Virus record (IMG/VR): IMGVR_UViG_3300017914_002346
Origin: a virus
Taxonomy: Duplodnaviria; Caudoviricetes
DNA: 64,000 nt
Reading direction: 5' to 3' (one strand)
The position numbers and the translations under genes are program-made. Positions within the stretch are counted from its first letter, which is position 1. Each line of letters starts with the position of its first letter. The notes below the pieces were generated by a model, which worked only from the letters and a program-made list of their open reading frames with translations, did not search any database and was not told the DNA's origin. Shown in pieces: positions 56,072 through 64,000 of this stretch.

Positions 56072-56424
56072 TCTTTACCTAATAATTCTAACAAGTCCTT
56101 AGTATTTAACTTAACATTCAAGTTATTAGTTGTAGATACTTTTTCCTTATTAGGATTATTAAGCTTCTCAGTTCTTAGCTGATGTTCCATCATCTTTTGG
56201 GCTATGTCACTTAAGGTAGCAGCAGTGTTAGTTGCTACTTCAATAGCTCTAGGGTGTTCTGACTCTTGTGCTAATTGTACTGCTGAATCTAATATATCTT
56301 GCAACCTTTCAGCAGATGCGTATAATAACTCTCTTGAGTACGTATAATCATCTTGTCTATTTTCAAGTACCTTTTTTAAATCTTTTTCAATAACAGATAC
56401 TTCTTGAGTAATAGTATCGCTCAT
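56068..56424 (-). CDS. gp16: Terminase small subunit
   Basis: DDY.YSRE.LY, LAQESEHPRAIEV, TNN...T.DL..LL; adjacent to gp17; start after GGAGG. Confidence 0.85.
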   Translation of the reverse strand: MSDTITQEVSVIEKDLKKVLENRQDDYTYSRELLYASAERLQDILDSAVQLAQESEHPRAIEVATNTAATLSDIAQKMMEHQLRTEKLNNPNKEKVSTTNNLNVKLNTKDLLELLGKE

Positions 56425-56496
56425 AAAAACCTCCAATAATAATTTATAATGTATTGTTAGAAGCCTGTTTTACGAACGAGAAGCTACTCTCTAAGT

Positions 56497-56511
56497 TATT
56501 TATATTAAATA
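56497..56511. promoter_or_regulatory. Back-to-back late promoters
   Basis: TATAAATA on minus (56497-56504) toward gp16; ATTAAATA on plus (56504-56511) 5 nt before the radical SAM ATG. Confidence 0.55.
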
Positions 56512-56516
56512 TTAAT

Positions 56517-57590
56517 ATGTATATTATTGACACTTTAGATACTGAAATTACTAATAGATGTAACGCGGCATGCCCTCTTTGTCCTAGGACAGGTACCTTT
56601 AATGGTTTAGCAGAGTTTATGGATCGCTCAGGTCCGTTAGATGTAGATCCTAAAATATTTGATAAAATATTTACCTCAGAGAAAGGTAAAAATATTAAGA
56701 GAGTTACTTATTGTGGTAACTATGGCGACCCTTGTGTGCATCCACAAGCAATGGAAATATTTAAAAAATGTGAGTCGTATGGTGTTACTTTACAAAAAAT
56801 AGATAGCAACGCTAGTATGAGAAACCCATCTTGGTGGGCAGAGCTTGGTAGTATAAAAGGTATGGAAGTAAATTTTGCTATTGATGGATTAGAAGATACT
56901 AACCATCTATATAGAGTAAACACTAAGTGGGATAAGATAATGGCTAACGCAGAAGCATTTATAAAAGCTGGAGGTATAGCCCACTGGGTCTTTATTGTGT
57001 TTAAACATAATGAACATCAAGTTGAACAAGCTAGAGAACTTTCTAGAAAAATGGGATTTAAAAGATTTGCATCAAAAGAAACAGTTAGACAATACTTACC
57101 AGATGTACCTTTAGAAAATCAAGGTCATTATGACTTAGCAGGTAACCTTTATAAGAAAAGTAGTAAACACGAAGAAAAAAGAACTATATATTCTTTACCA
57201 GAAAGTAAAAGATATCAACCTGAAATGTTAAGATACGGTTATAAAGAATCACCTATTGTATGTAGATCAGAAGATAAGAAGCAAATGTTCTTAACTAGTG
57301 ATGAAAGGATTATTCCATGCTGTCATGTACAAGAGTTTTTTACTATTAAAGATTATCACCCTGAAAGAATAAATCAAGAACCTAAATATCAAGGATATGA
57401 AATAGATGTTTTTTATAAACAATTTGGTGTCCTTTCTGATTTAAACAAAAATACATTTGATGAAATAGTAGATAGTTATATGGAAGCTTACCCTTATCTA
57501 GAGTATATGTGGCAAGAAAGAAAAATGGCTAGATGTAATAAAAAATGTGGAAGTAATTTTAGAAATGGTTCACGATATCAAGAAAATTAA
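56517..57590 (+). CDS. Radical SAM protein with C-terminal SPASM/twitch-like Cys cluster
   Basis: CNAACPLC, GNYGDP, IDGLEDTNHLYR, C...IIPCC...C...C. Confidence 0.85.
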   Translation: MYIIDTLDTEITNRCNAACPLCPRTGTFNGLAEFMDRSGPLDVDPKIFDKIFTSEKGKNIKRVTYCGNYGDPCVHPQAMEIFKKCESYGVTLQKIDSNASMRNPSWWAELGSIKGMEVNFAIDGLEDTNHLYRVNTKWDKIMANAEAFIKAGGIAHWVFIVFKHNEHQVEQARELSRKMGFKRFASKETVRQYLPDVPLENQGHYDLAGNLYKKSSKHEEKRTIYSLPESKRYQPEMLRYGYKESPIVCRSEDKKQMFLTSDERIIPCCHVQEFFTIKDYHPERINQEPKYQGYEIDVFYKQFGVLSDLNKNTFDEIVDSYMEAYPYLEYMWQERKMARCNKKCGSNFRNGSRYQEN

Positions 57591-58017
57591 AACTGAGTTA
57601 GACACTTTACCTGAATATGATAATCAGATATACTTGCAAGGTTTTTATGCAGGTCAGAATCCAACAGAACTGACTCAAGGACAAACTTATAAGTATGTTG
57701 ATGAAAATGAGTTATCTTGTTCTGTACCTCTTTTTAATTTGCCAGTTATTAATTCAATTATAGATCACTACAACTTAGTTCGAACTAGAGTCATGAAGAT
57801 GAAACCAAAGACCTGCTACTATTGGCATAAAGATGTAACAAAGAGATTGCATATACCTGTAGTGACTCATGAACATTGTTTTCTAATTGTAGATGGTGAA
57901 CAGATACATTTACCAGCAACTGGTGATGATTATATTATTGATACTACCAAAATGCATACAGCTATGAATTGTTCTAAGATAGATAGAATTCATATTGTAG
58001 GAGCCTTTCGTGTATGA
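57565..58017 (+). CDS. Aspartyl/asparaginyl beta-hydroxylase-like 2OG-Fe(II) enzyme
   Basis: R.RVM.M.P...WHKD...RLHIPV.T...DTTKMHTAMN.S..DRIHIV. Confidence 0.7.
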   Translation: MVHDIKKIKTELDTLPEYDNQIYLQGFYAGQNPTELTQGQTYKYVDENELSCSVPLFNLPVINSIIDHYNLVRTRVMKMKPKTCYYWHKDVTKRLHIPVVTHEHCFLIVDGEQIHLPATGDDYIIDTTKMHTAMNCSKIDRIHIVGAFRV

Positions 58018-59188
58018 TATTTTATTACTATCATTACCTGAAATGGATAAAGATAAACCGTCTCCAGGTCCTGCATATCTAAAAGGTTTTTTACAACCAG
58101 AGTTTAAAGTAAAAGTTATTGACGGTAATCAGATAGGTGATATAGATCATATATTACTTACTGTTGAGCAATACCAATTTAAGTGGTTAGGTATATCTGT
58201 ATTCTCATATGAACAAGTAAATATTGCTTTAGAGATAGGATCAAATTTTAATAAAGTAGTTTACGGTGGTTCTGGAGTACATAAAGATTGGCCTACGGAT
58301 TATTTCATAGTTGGTGAAGGTGAGTATGCTCTAAGAGAATTTTTACGAGGTAACGAATATAAAAATTTTAAGCAAATTGAAGATCTTAATATGCTTCCTA
58401 TTCCAGATTATACTGATCAACTACATCCTAATATTAACGAATTAGTAATGACAGGTTCTAGAGGGTGTGTGCGTAATTGTTCTTTTTGTGATGTAGCTAG
58501 CATCTGGTCAAAGTATAGATGGGTTGATGGGAAAAAGCTTGCAGATAATATGCATGCTGTTTGTGAGCAAACTGGTATCTATAAGATATCATTTTCAGAT
58601 AGCTTAGTAAACGGATCTATGAAACACTTTCGCGAATTGGTAAAGGAGTTATCTTCTAGACCAAAAAAGATACGCTGGAATGGACAATTTATAGCTCGTA
58701 AACAAAATAGTTTTTCACAAGAAGATTTTGATAACTTACTTAATTCAGGTTGTACAGGTTTAACTATTGGAATTGAATCTGGATCTGAATCAGTTAGAAA
58801 TCATATGGGTAAAAAATTTGATAATAACGATTTAGATTATTTTATAACTAATCTAGGTGAACGTGGAATTAAAATGAAGTTTTTATTGATAGCTGGTTAT
58901 CCGACAGAAACAGAAAGCGACTTTAAAGAAACTATAGAGATGCTACATCGATATAAAAAATATTCTGCTAAGGTAGAAATATCACCTCATATGATGTTAG
59001 TTGATAAAAACACACCGTTGGATTATCACCATAGAGATCTATTTGATATATTTGGATTTGAATGGAAAAATGAAAACTCTGATTACAAAGAACGATATAA
59101 AAGATTTTTAGAAATATTTAAAGTAGGACAAGAACTTGGTTATGGATTTAAACAACATGCACTTGATAAGATAGAGAAGTTTGCATGA
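58010..59188 (+). CDS. B12-binding-domain radical SAM protein
   Basis: N-terminal B12-binding-like domain (GGSG, GEGE), GSRGCVRNCSFC, GIESGS..VR..MGK, GYPTET. Confidence 0.85.
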   Translation: MYDILLLSLPEMDKDKPSPGPAYLKGFLQPEFKVKVIDGNQIGDIDHILLTVEQYQFKWLGISVFSYEQVNIALEIGSNFNKVVYGGSGVHKDWPTDYFIVGEGEYALREFLRGNEYKNFKQIEDLNMLPIPDYTDQLHPNINELVMTGSRGCVRNCSFCDVASIWSKYRWVDGKKLADNMHAVCEQTGIYKISFSDSLVNGSMKHFRELVKELSSRPKKIRWNGQFIARKQNSFSQEDFDNLLNSGCTGLTIGIESGSESVRNHMGKKFDNNDLDYFITNLGERGIKMKFLLIAGYPTETESDFKETIEMLHRYKKYSAKVEISPHMMLVDKNTPLDYHHRDLFDIFGFEWKNENSDYKERYKRFLEIFKVGQELGYGFKQHALDKIEKFA

Positions 59189-60498
59189 TTATAGGATACT
59201 CTAACGGCTTTCATGATGCGGGCATGTCTGTTATTTCCTATAGTGGAGATATAGTATATGCAGGTCATGCAGAAAGATACTCAAGAGTAAAAGGTGATAA
59301 AAACCATTGTGGACGTATGCCTGTTTATAATGGTACAACTGTTTTCTATGAAGACCCTAAACTTAAAAATGAGAGATTAATATTTGCAGGACAAGAAAAA
59401 ATATATAGACCTGAATATGATCATTATTGTGAACATCATTGGTCACATGCTGCGGCTAGTTACTATACAAGACCATACGAAGAAGAGCCTGTATGTGTTG
59501 TTATAGACGCAATAGGAGAATGGGATACTTGCTCTATATGGTATAAGAAAAAGAAAGTATGGTCTCAAGAGTATCCTTACTCATTAGGTTTATTTTATTC
59601 TGCTATTACTCAACGCTGTGGTCTAAAACCAATGGAAGATGAGTATATTACAATGGGAATGGCAGCTTATGGTAAACCTATTTTTAATTTGGAATACTTA
59701 TTAGAAATGAACTTACATAAAGGTTGTGGTAATATAATACCTAATGCAAAGCGTAGCGATTTAGCAGCATCAGCACAACATTTATTAGAAACTAAAATTA
59801 TTGAGATAATGAATAAAGCTAAAGAGTACTCTAATTTTTTGTGCTATGGGGGTGGTGTAGCTCTTAATTGTGTAGCTAATTCTAAAATATATGACATGTT
59901 TAATAAAGTGTGGATATTTCCTAATCCTGGTGATGCTGGCTCTTCTTTAGGAGCTGCTGCTTCATATTTAGATAAAAAGGTTAAGTGGAAAGATTGTTTC
60001 TTAGGTAATGATATTAATCAAGAACTTGATATTAAAGGTATTGTACAAGAACTACTTAAGAACAAAGTTGCAGGTGTTGCTAATGGTAAGGCTGAGTTTG
60101 GTCCAAGAGCTTTGGGTAATCGTAGTTTGTTAGGTGATCCTAGATATAACATAAAAGACAAAATAAATGATATAAAGCAAAGACAAAGATATAGACCATT
60201 CTCTCCTGCTGTGTTATCGGAGTATGCTTCTGAGTTCTTCGATGGTCCTATGAATGAATATATGCAATATGTAGCAGTAGCTAAACATGATTACAACTCT
60301 GTAATACATGTTGACGGTACATCTAGAGTGCAAAAAGTGTATAAGGGTAACCTTAGAAAGATACTAGAAGAGTGGTATGAACAAACTGGCTGTCCTATGT
60401 TATTAAACACTTCATTAAACATTAAAGGTCAACCTATAGTAAACAGCTGGCATGACGCAGAAGATTTTATGAAAAAGTATAAAGTAAAATGTTTTTAG
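59185..60498 (+). CDS. Carbamoyltransferase (NodU/CmcH family)
   Basis: FHDAG, HHWSHAA, GGVALNCVAN, GDAGSSLGAA, EFGPRALGNRS, RPFSP, HVDGTSR, LLNTSLN. Confidence 0.92.
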   Translation: MIIGYSNGFHDAGMSVISYSGDIVYAGHAERYSRVKGDKNHCGRMPVYNGTTVFYEDPKLKNERLIFAGQEKIYRPEYDHYCEHHWSHAAASYYTRPYEEEPVCVVIDAIGEWDTCSIWYKKKKVWSQEYPYSLGLFYSAITQRCGLKPMEDEYITMGMAAYGKPIFNLEYLLEMNLHKGCGNIIPNAKRSDLAASAQHLLETKIIEIMNKAKEYSNFLCYGGGVALNCVANSKIYDMFNKVWIFPNPGDAGSSLGAAASYLDKKVKWKDCFLGNDINQELDIKGIVQELLKNKVAGVANGKAEFGPRALGNRSLLGDPRYNIKDKINDIKQRQRYRPFSPAVLSEYASEFFDGPMNEYMQYVAVAKHDYNSVIHVDGTSRVQKVYKGNLRKILEEWYEQTGCPMLLNTSLNIKGQPIVNSWHDAEDFMKKYKVKCF

Positions 60499-61208
60499 TT
60501 AGTGGTTGTTCTTTTACATCAGATAAACAATATGTAGATGGCTCAGGTAAAAACTGGGCTAAACAACTATCTGAAATGTTAAATGAAGATTATGAAAATG
60601 TTGCTCTAGGTGGTTATTGCAATAATAATATTTTTAATTCTGTATATGACAAATTAGTATTAAGTAATAATAATTTCTCAAAAGTGATAGTAATGTGGAC
60701 AGGGTTTGAGAGACTTAAAATATTTCAACAATCAGTAGATCCTATTGCTTGGGAAAGAAACTATAAGTTGTTTGGACACCCTCATAACCCTAACAATACA
60801 GTTAATCCTCCTACAGGGTTAAAAACGAACAAACTTAAACATGCAATTAATTATTACAATTTTGAAAAGGTGATAGATGATAACTTAAGATACCAATACA
60901 TCTTACAACAAGAATGTTTTTTAAGAGGTATAGATTTATATTATTGTCAGGGAGTAAAAGAGATATCTAATTTGAGACAAATTAGTCATTTATTTGATTC
61001 TGATACAATAACAAAACATGATAATTTTTATAAACATATTAAAGAATCTAAATTTTATAAACTAATAGATAGAAAAAATACGTTAGAGAAAAATTATAGA
61101 ATGAGATATGGAAATACACCAAAACTAATTATACCTAAAGATAATCATCCCTCAGAATATGGACATAGTTTAGTAGCTAATGATCTGTTTAATATTATTC
61201 GTAAATAA
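60489..61208 (+). CDS. SGNH/GDSL-hydrolase-like protein
   Basis: GCSFT block I, N.A.GG..N, D.HP...GH terminal motif. Confidence 0.6.
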   Translation: MFLVSGCSFTSDKQYVDGSGKNWAKQLSEMLNEDYENVALGGYCNNNIFNSVYDKLVLSNNNFSKVIVMWTGFERLKIFQQSVDPIAWERNYKLFGHPHNPNNTVNPPTGLKTNKLKHAINYYNFEKVIDDNLRYQYILQQECFLRGIDLYYCQGVKEISNLRQISHLFDSDTITKHDNFYKHIKESKFYKLIDRKNTLEKNYRMRYGNTPKLIIPKDNHPSEYGHSLVANDLFNIIRK

Positions 61209-61974
61209 AATTATCATCTAATTCATAATCTGAATACCAATAATCAAATACCCAATTATCATCTGAATTATGAATTAAGTTGTCTGCATTAGAAAAATGA
61301 ACCATCTTTATAGTATCACAAAAATCACCACCCATCATAAATGGTTCTTCTGAGTTAACAAACTCATTCCAGTTTTTCTGTATTTTAAGATAATCAATAT
61401 CATGATACTTTGCAAACCATTCCATAGGCAACCAATGTTTATTATTAACATGGTTATCAATAAAATTTTGTTCCCCGTTTACTGGACCTTCACATTGACC
61501 TGTTTCAATGTAATATTGTTGCCAATGTTCAGGATCTTCAATAAATTTTTTCCACAGGTAGTTTGTTTCTCCCATTCTATACATTTGAAAACCACCGTTC
61601 AATTTACAAAAATGTCTTAGATTTGACCACCATCTTTCAAAGCAACCAAAAGTATTTTCAGGTAAATTATAGTTTAGAATATCATCTAGATTGTTTATTA
61701 TAATCCAGTCTATATCTAATATAATACATGTGCTACCTTCTTTAATATCTGCAAAGCCGTTCTTATGAAAAATTAATTTATGCCATTGTAATTTAAACTC
61801 ATTAGGATCTTTTATATCTACTGTTTTAATATCAGATACTAAACCACTACTATCTTCTGTATAACAATAAAAATTAAAATCTACTGTAGAGTTTCTTTTC
61901 ATACTAAAGAAAAGATTATTAACATATTGAGAAGAATACTTATCACCAACTTTAAGAGTTAAAATATTAATCAT
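61195..61974 (-). CDS. Glycosyltransferase, GT-A fold
   Basis: LKVGDKYS..YVN.L, WHKL, LDID, GEQNF, VHF; related to 970-1671. Confidence 0.7.
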   Translation of the reverse strand: MINILTLKVGDKYSSQYVNNLFFSMKRNSTVDFNFYCYTEDSSGLVSDIKTVDIKDPNEFKLQWHKLIFHKNGFADIKEGSTCIILDIDWIIINNLDDILNYNLPENTFGCFERWWSNLRHFCKLNGGFQMYRMGETNYLWKKFIEDPEHWQQYYIETGQCEGPVNGEQNFIDNHVNNKHWLPMEWFAKYHDIDYLKIQKNWNEFVNSEEPFMMGGDFCDTIKMVHFSNADNLIHNSDDNWVFDYWYSDYELDDNFIYE

Positions 61975-63005
61975 GTTACTACTCTATCAGAACCTGCAGA
62001 TCTCTGACCACACACTCTTTGACAAGTACCTGGTCCGTTATACTGCCATTCATTTTTCACTTCGTTGAAAAAATCATTATTAAATGCATATTTTAAAATA
62101 GCGCCTGATTCTACTTCTAAAAGATTAACAGCTGGATTCATTTTCTCCATTAAAACTATTTCAGTAGCATTTTTATATCTATCAGGAGATGATTTATAGT
62201 TTTGAAATTGTTTATATAGATCAGAAGCTAAATGACAACAAGGCCATAAAGTACCATCACAATGAATAAAAGTATTTTTATGTTTTAAATAACTGCAGCT
62301 TATATTCTTAATTTCTTTATCTTGTTTTCTACTTACTCCTGAGCCTACAAAAGAATCACTAGGTGGTTCTAGAACTCTTTTTTCTCCTTCAGGTGTTACA
62401 TAACTAATACCATCAACATCTTTACCCCAACCTCTATTAGATTTTCTTAAAATAAACTCTTTAAAACCTAACTCTTTGGACAAAGATTTTGCTTCTTCTA
62501 CTTGATGTTCATTATGTTTAAAAGGAATAAACTCCCATACTGCGTTACCACCACTTTGTATAAAGGATTTAGCGTTATTAATAATTTTATTAAAGTCTGT
62601 TTTTTGTCTATATAAATGATTAGTATCCTCTAAGCCGTCAATATGAAAAAAAACTGTAGATGAGTTGCTATTCATACAGCTACCCATCTCACTCCACCAT
62701 TTTTCATTTCGTAAGCTGCCGTTAGTTTCTAATAATATAGTTACAGGATAATTACTCAGGTACTTAACTATAGGTAAACAGTCCTTAGCAGCAATAGGGT
62801 CACCTACATTACCACATAAGCTTACTTCATCTATAGTATAAAGAACATCTTCGTTCATTATGTGCTTAAAATCATTTACTAATAATTCTCTTTTCCTACT
62901 TACATATTCTGTAGGCAGTGAAAAATTATACCTATTAGTTCTCATACAGAGAGGACAAGCAGCATTACATTTTTCAGATAATTCAAAAGTAACTTTTTTA
63001 ATCAA
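61971..63005 (-). CDS. Radical SAM protein (paralog of 56517-57590)
   Basis: CNAACPLC, GNVGDP, IDGLEDTNHLYR, FKHNEHQVE.A, WPCC. Confidence 0.85.
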   Translation of the reverse strand: MIKKVTFELSEKCNAACPLCMRTNRYNFSLPTEYVSRKRELLVNDFKHIMNEDVLYTIDEVSLCGNVGDPIAAKDCLPIVKYLSNYPVTILLETNGSLRNEKWWSEMGSCMNSNSSTVFFHIDGLEDTNHLYRQKTDFNKIINNAKSFIQSGGNAVWEFIPFKHNEHQVEEAKSLSKELGFKEFILRKSNRGWGKDVDGISYVTPEGEKRVLEPPSDSFVGSGVSRKQDKEIKNISCSYLKHKNTFIHCDGTLWPCCHLASDLYKQFQNYKSSPDRYKNATEIVLMEKMNPAVNLLEVESGAILKYAFNNDFFNEVKNEWQYNGPGTCQRVCGQRSAGSDRVVT

Positions 63006-63711
63006 CTACACCACCATCGTAAGAACCAAAACCCCATTTCTTTTCCAAACACCAATAACATATTTGACAGGGAGTTATACCACCGTTTCTTAATCTAGTA
63101 CAACTTACTGTATATGGATATAAACTTTCTAATAAGTCAAATTGTTTATAAATTTTAAACAGATAAGATTTGTCAACAGTTTTAAAAGGTTCTCTATTTT
63201 TTTTCAGGTTATTAACTTGCTTTATACTATAATCTCTTTCTTTAAGTGCGGGGGTTTCACTAACTAATTTATCTAAGGCTTCTATTTGTCCTTCCGGTGG
63301 TTTTCTAGTTGTACCTAGTAGTATTACATCTAAGTCAAAATCTAATTTAAACTGATCTCTTGTTTTTCTTAGTAAAAGTTTTTTTTCTTGTTTATAAGCT
63401 ACAAAATAATCATAAAAATGTAACCCTTCAAATTGTATTTCTGGAAACATATTTACTAAAATATCATAACATTTTTGAGCAGGTTTTATACTATAATTTT
63501 CATTTTCATATCTAGTGTTATTAGCATTAAAACAATAAACTTTAATTTGTGATTGCATATTTTTACGCATTATAGATTCACATAATACATAAGTTAAAAG
63601 ACTGGAATCTACACCACCCGTAAAAGATACAGCTATTTTATTATTATAAATTTCACCTTTTAATAATCTATCAAAATAGTCTATTTTAATATTGTCTGCT
63701 TCTAGTATCAT
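62998..63711 (-). CDS. QueC-like PP-loop ATPase
   Basis: SFTGGVDSSLL PP-loop and T.SC...PC..C.WC.EKKW.FG Zn-binding-like tail. Confidence 0.6.
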   Translation of the reverse strand: MILEADNIKIDYFDRLLKGEIYNNKIAVSFTGGVDSSLLTYVLCESIMRKNMQSQIKVYCFNANNTRYENENYSIKPAQKCYDILVNMFPEIQFEGLHFYDYFVAYKQEKKLLLRKTRDQFKLDFDLDVILLGTTRKPPEGQIEALDKLVSETPALKERDYSIKQVNNLKKNREPFKTVDKSYLFKIYKQFDLLESLYPYTVSCTRLRNGGITPCQICYWCLEKKWGFGSYDGGVVD

Positions 63712-63998
63712 TTTATACCACCATCATACATACCGAAAGCCCATTTCTTTTCTCTACACCACCAACACTCTTTACATGGTTCTGAAAAAAAACTAGTTGA
63801 CTCGGAATACTCGACACAACTTGCAGTAATAGGAAAAAGCTCATCCATTAAATTAAATTTTTTATATTGTTCAGATACAAATCTTTTATCTAAAAACTCC
63901 ATTGGACAATAAAAAGGCTTATCATGATTTTCATGATAAGGTTGCCTTAAGTTACCGTGTTGATCTCTTCTCTCTTCTCTTTTATGTAGAAGATTATT
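63708..63998 (-). CDS. QueC-like protein, C-terminal part (5' end outside the window)
   Basis: Frame stays open to the window edge; DK......YK.F.L...LFP.T.SC...PCKECWWCREKKWAFG matches the neighbouring gene. Confidence 0.6.
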   Translation of the reverse strand, partial: NNLLHKREERRDQHGNLRQPYHENHDKPFYCPMEFLDKRFVSEQYKKFNLMDELFPITASCVEYSESTSFFSEPCKECWWCREKKWAFGMYDGGIK

Positions 63999-64000
63999 CT

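Noticed and set aside
915-63093. Many short alternative-frame or antisense ORFs in the track (e.g. 12637-13071 +, 22745-23137 -, 11520-11783 -)
   Set aside because: They lie within well-supported genes and have no recognisable motifs; treated as shadow ORFs
1-64000. Alternative genetic code or bacterial chromosomal origin
   Set aside because: Core genes translate full length in the standard code with all three stop codons used, and the sugar genes are embedded among T4-like core genes with phage late promoters

Overview
This is an AT-rich segment of a large T4-like myovirus genome, probably aquatic or marine; the host cannot be assigned from this window. Most genes are on the minus strand. 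In transcription order: a modification-enzyme cluster at 56.5-64 kb (QueC-like x2, radical SAM x3, carbamoyltransferase, Asp/Asn beta-hydroxylase-like enzyme, glycosyltransferase); terminase gp16/gp17; a ~20-kb block of eight fibre/appendage genes; gp18-gp19-gp20; a displaced gp13; gp67-gp68-gp21-gp22-gp23-gp3; phoH; uvsY-uvsW-gp55-gp47-gp46; and a ~14-kb apparently late operon of nucleotide-sugar enzymes and glycosyltransferases (Gmd, ColD-type dehydratase, KdsA, sulfotransferase, APS-kinase-like protein, about eight transferases). The most striking signal is the tripeptide Asp-Ser-Asp: roughly 140 DSD plus about 30 DSE by manual count. These lie in ten predicted outer-virion proteins of unrelated folds and are nearly absent from capsid, portal, tube, terminase and replication proteins. 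My hypothesis is that DSD is a phage-specific modification sequon or ion-binding tag, with the flanking enzyme clusters as candidate writers. All product calls come from motif recognition and synteny, not database searches.
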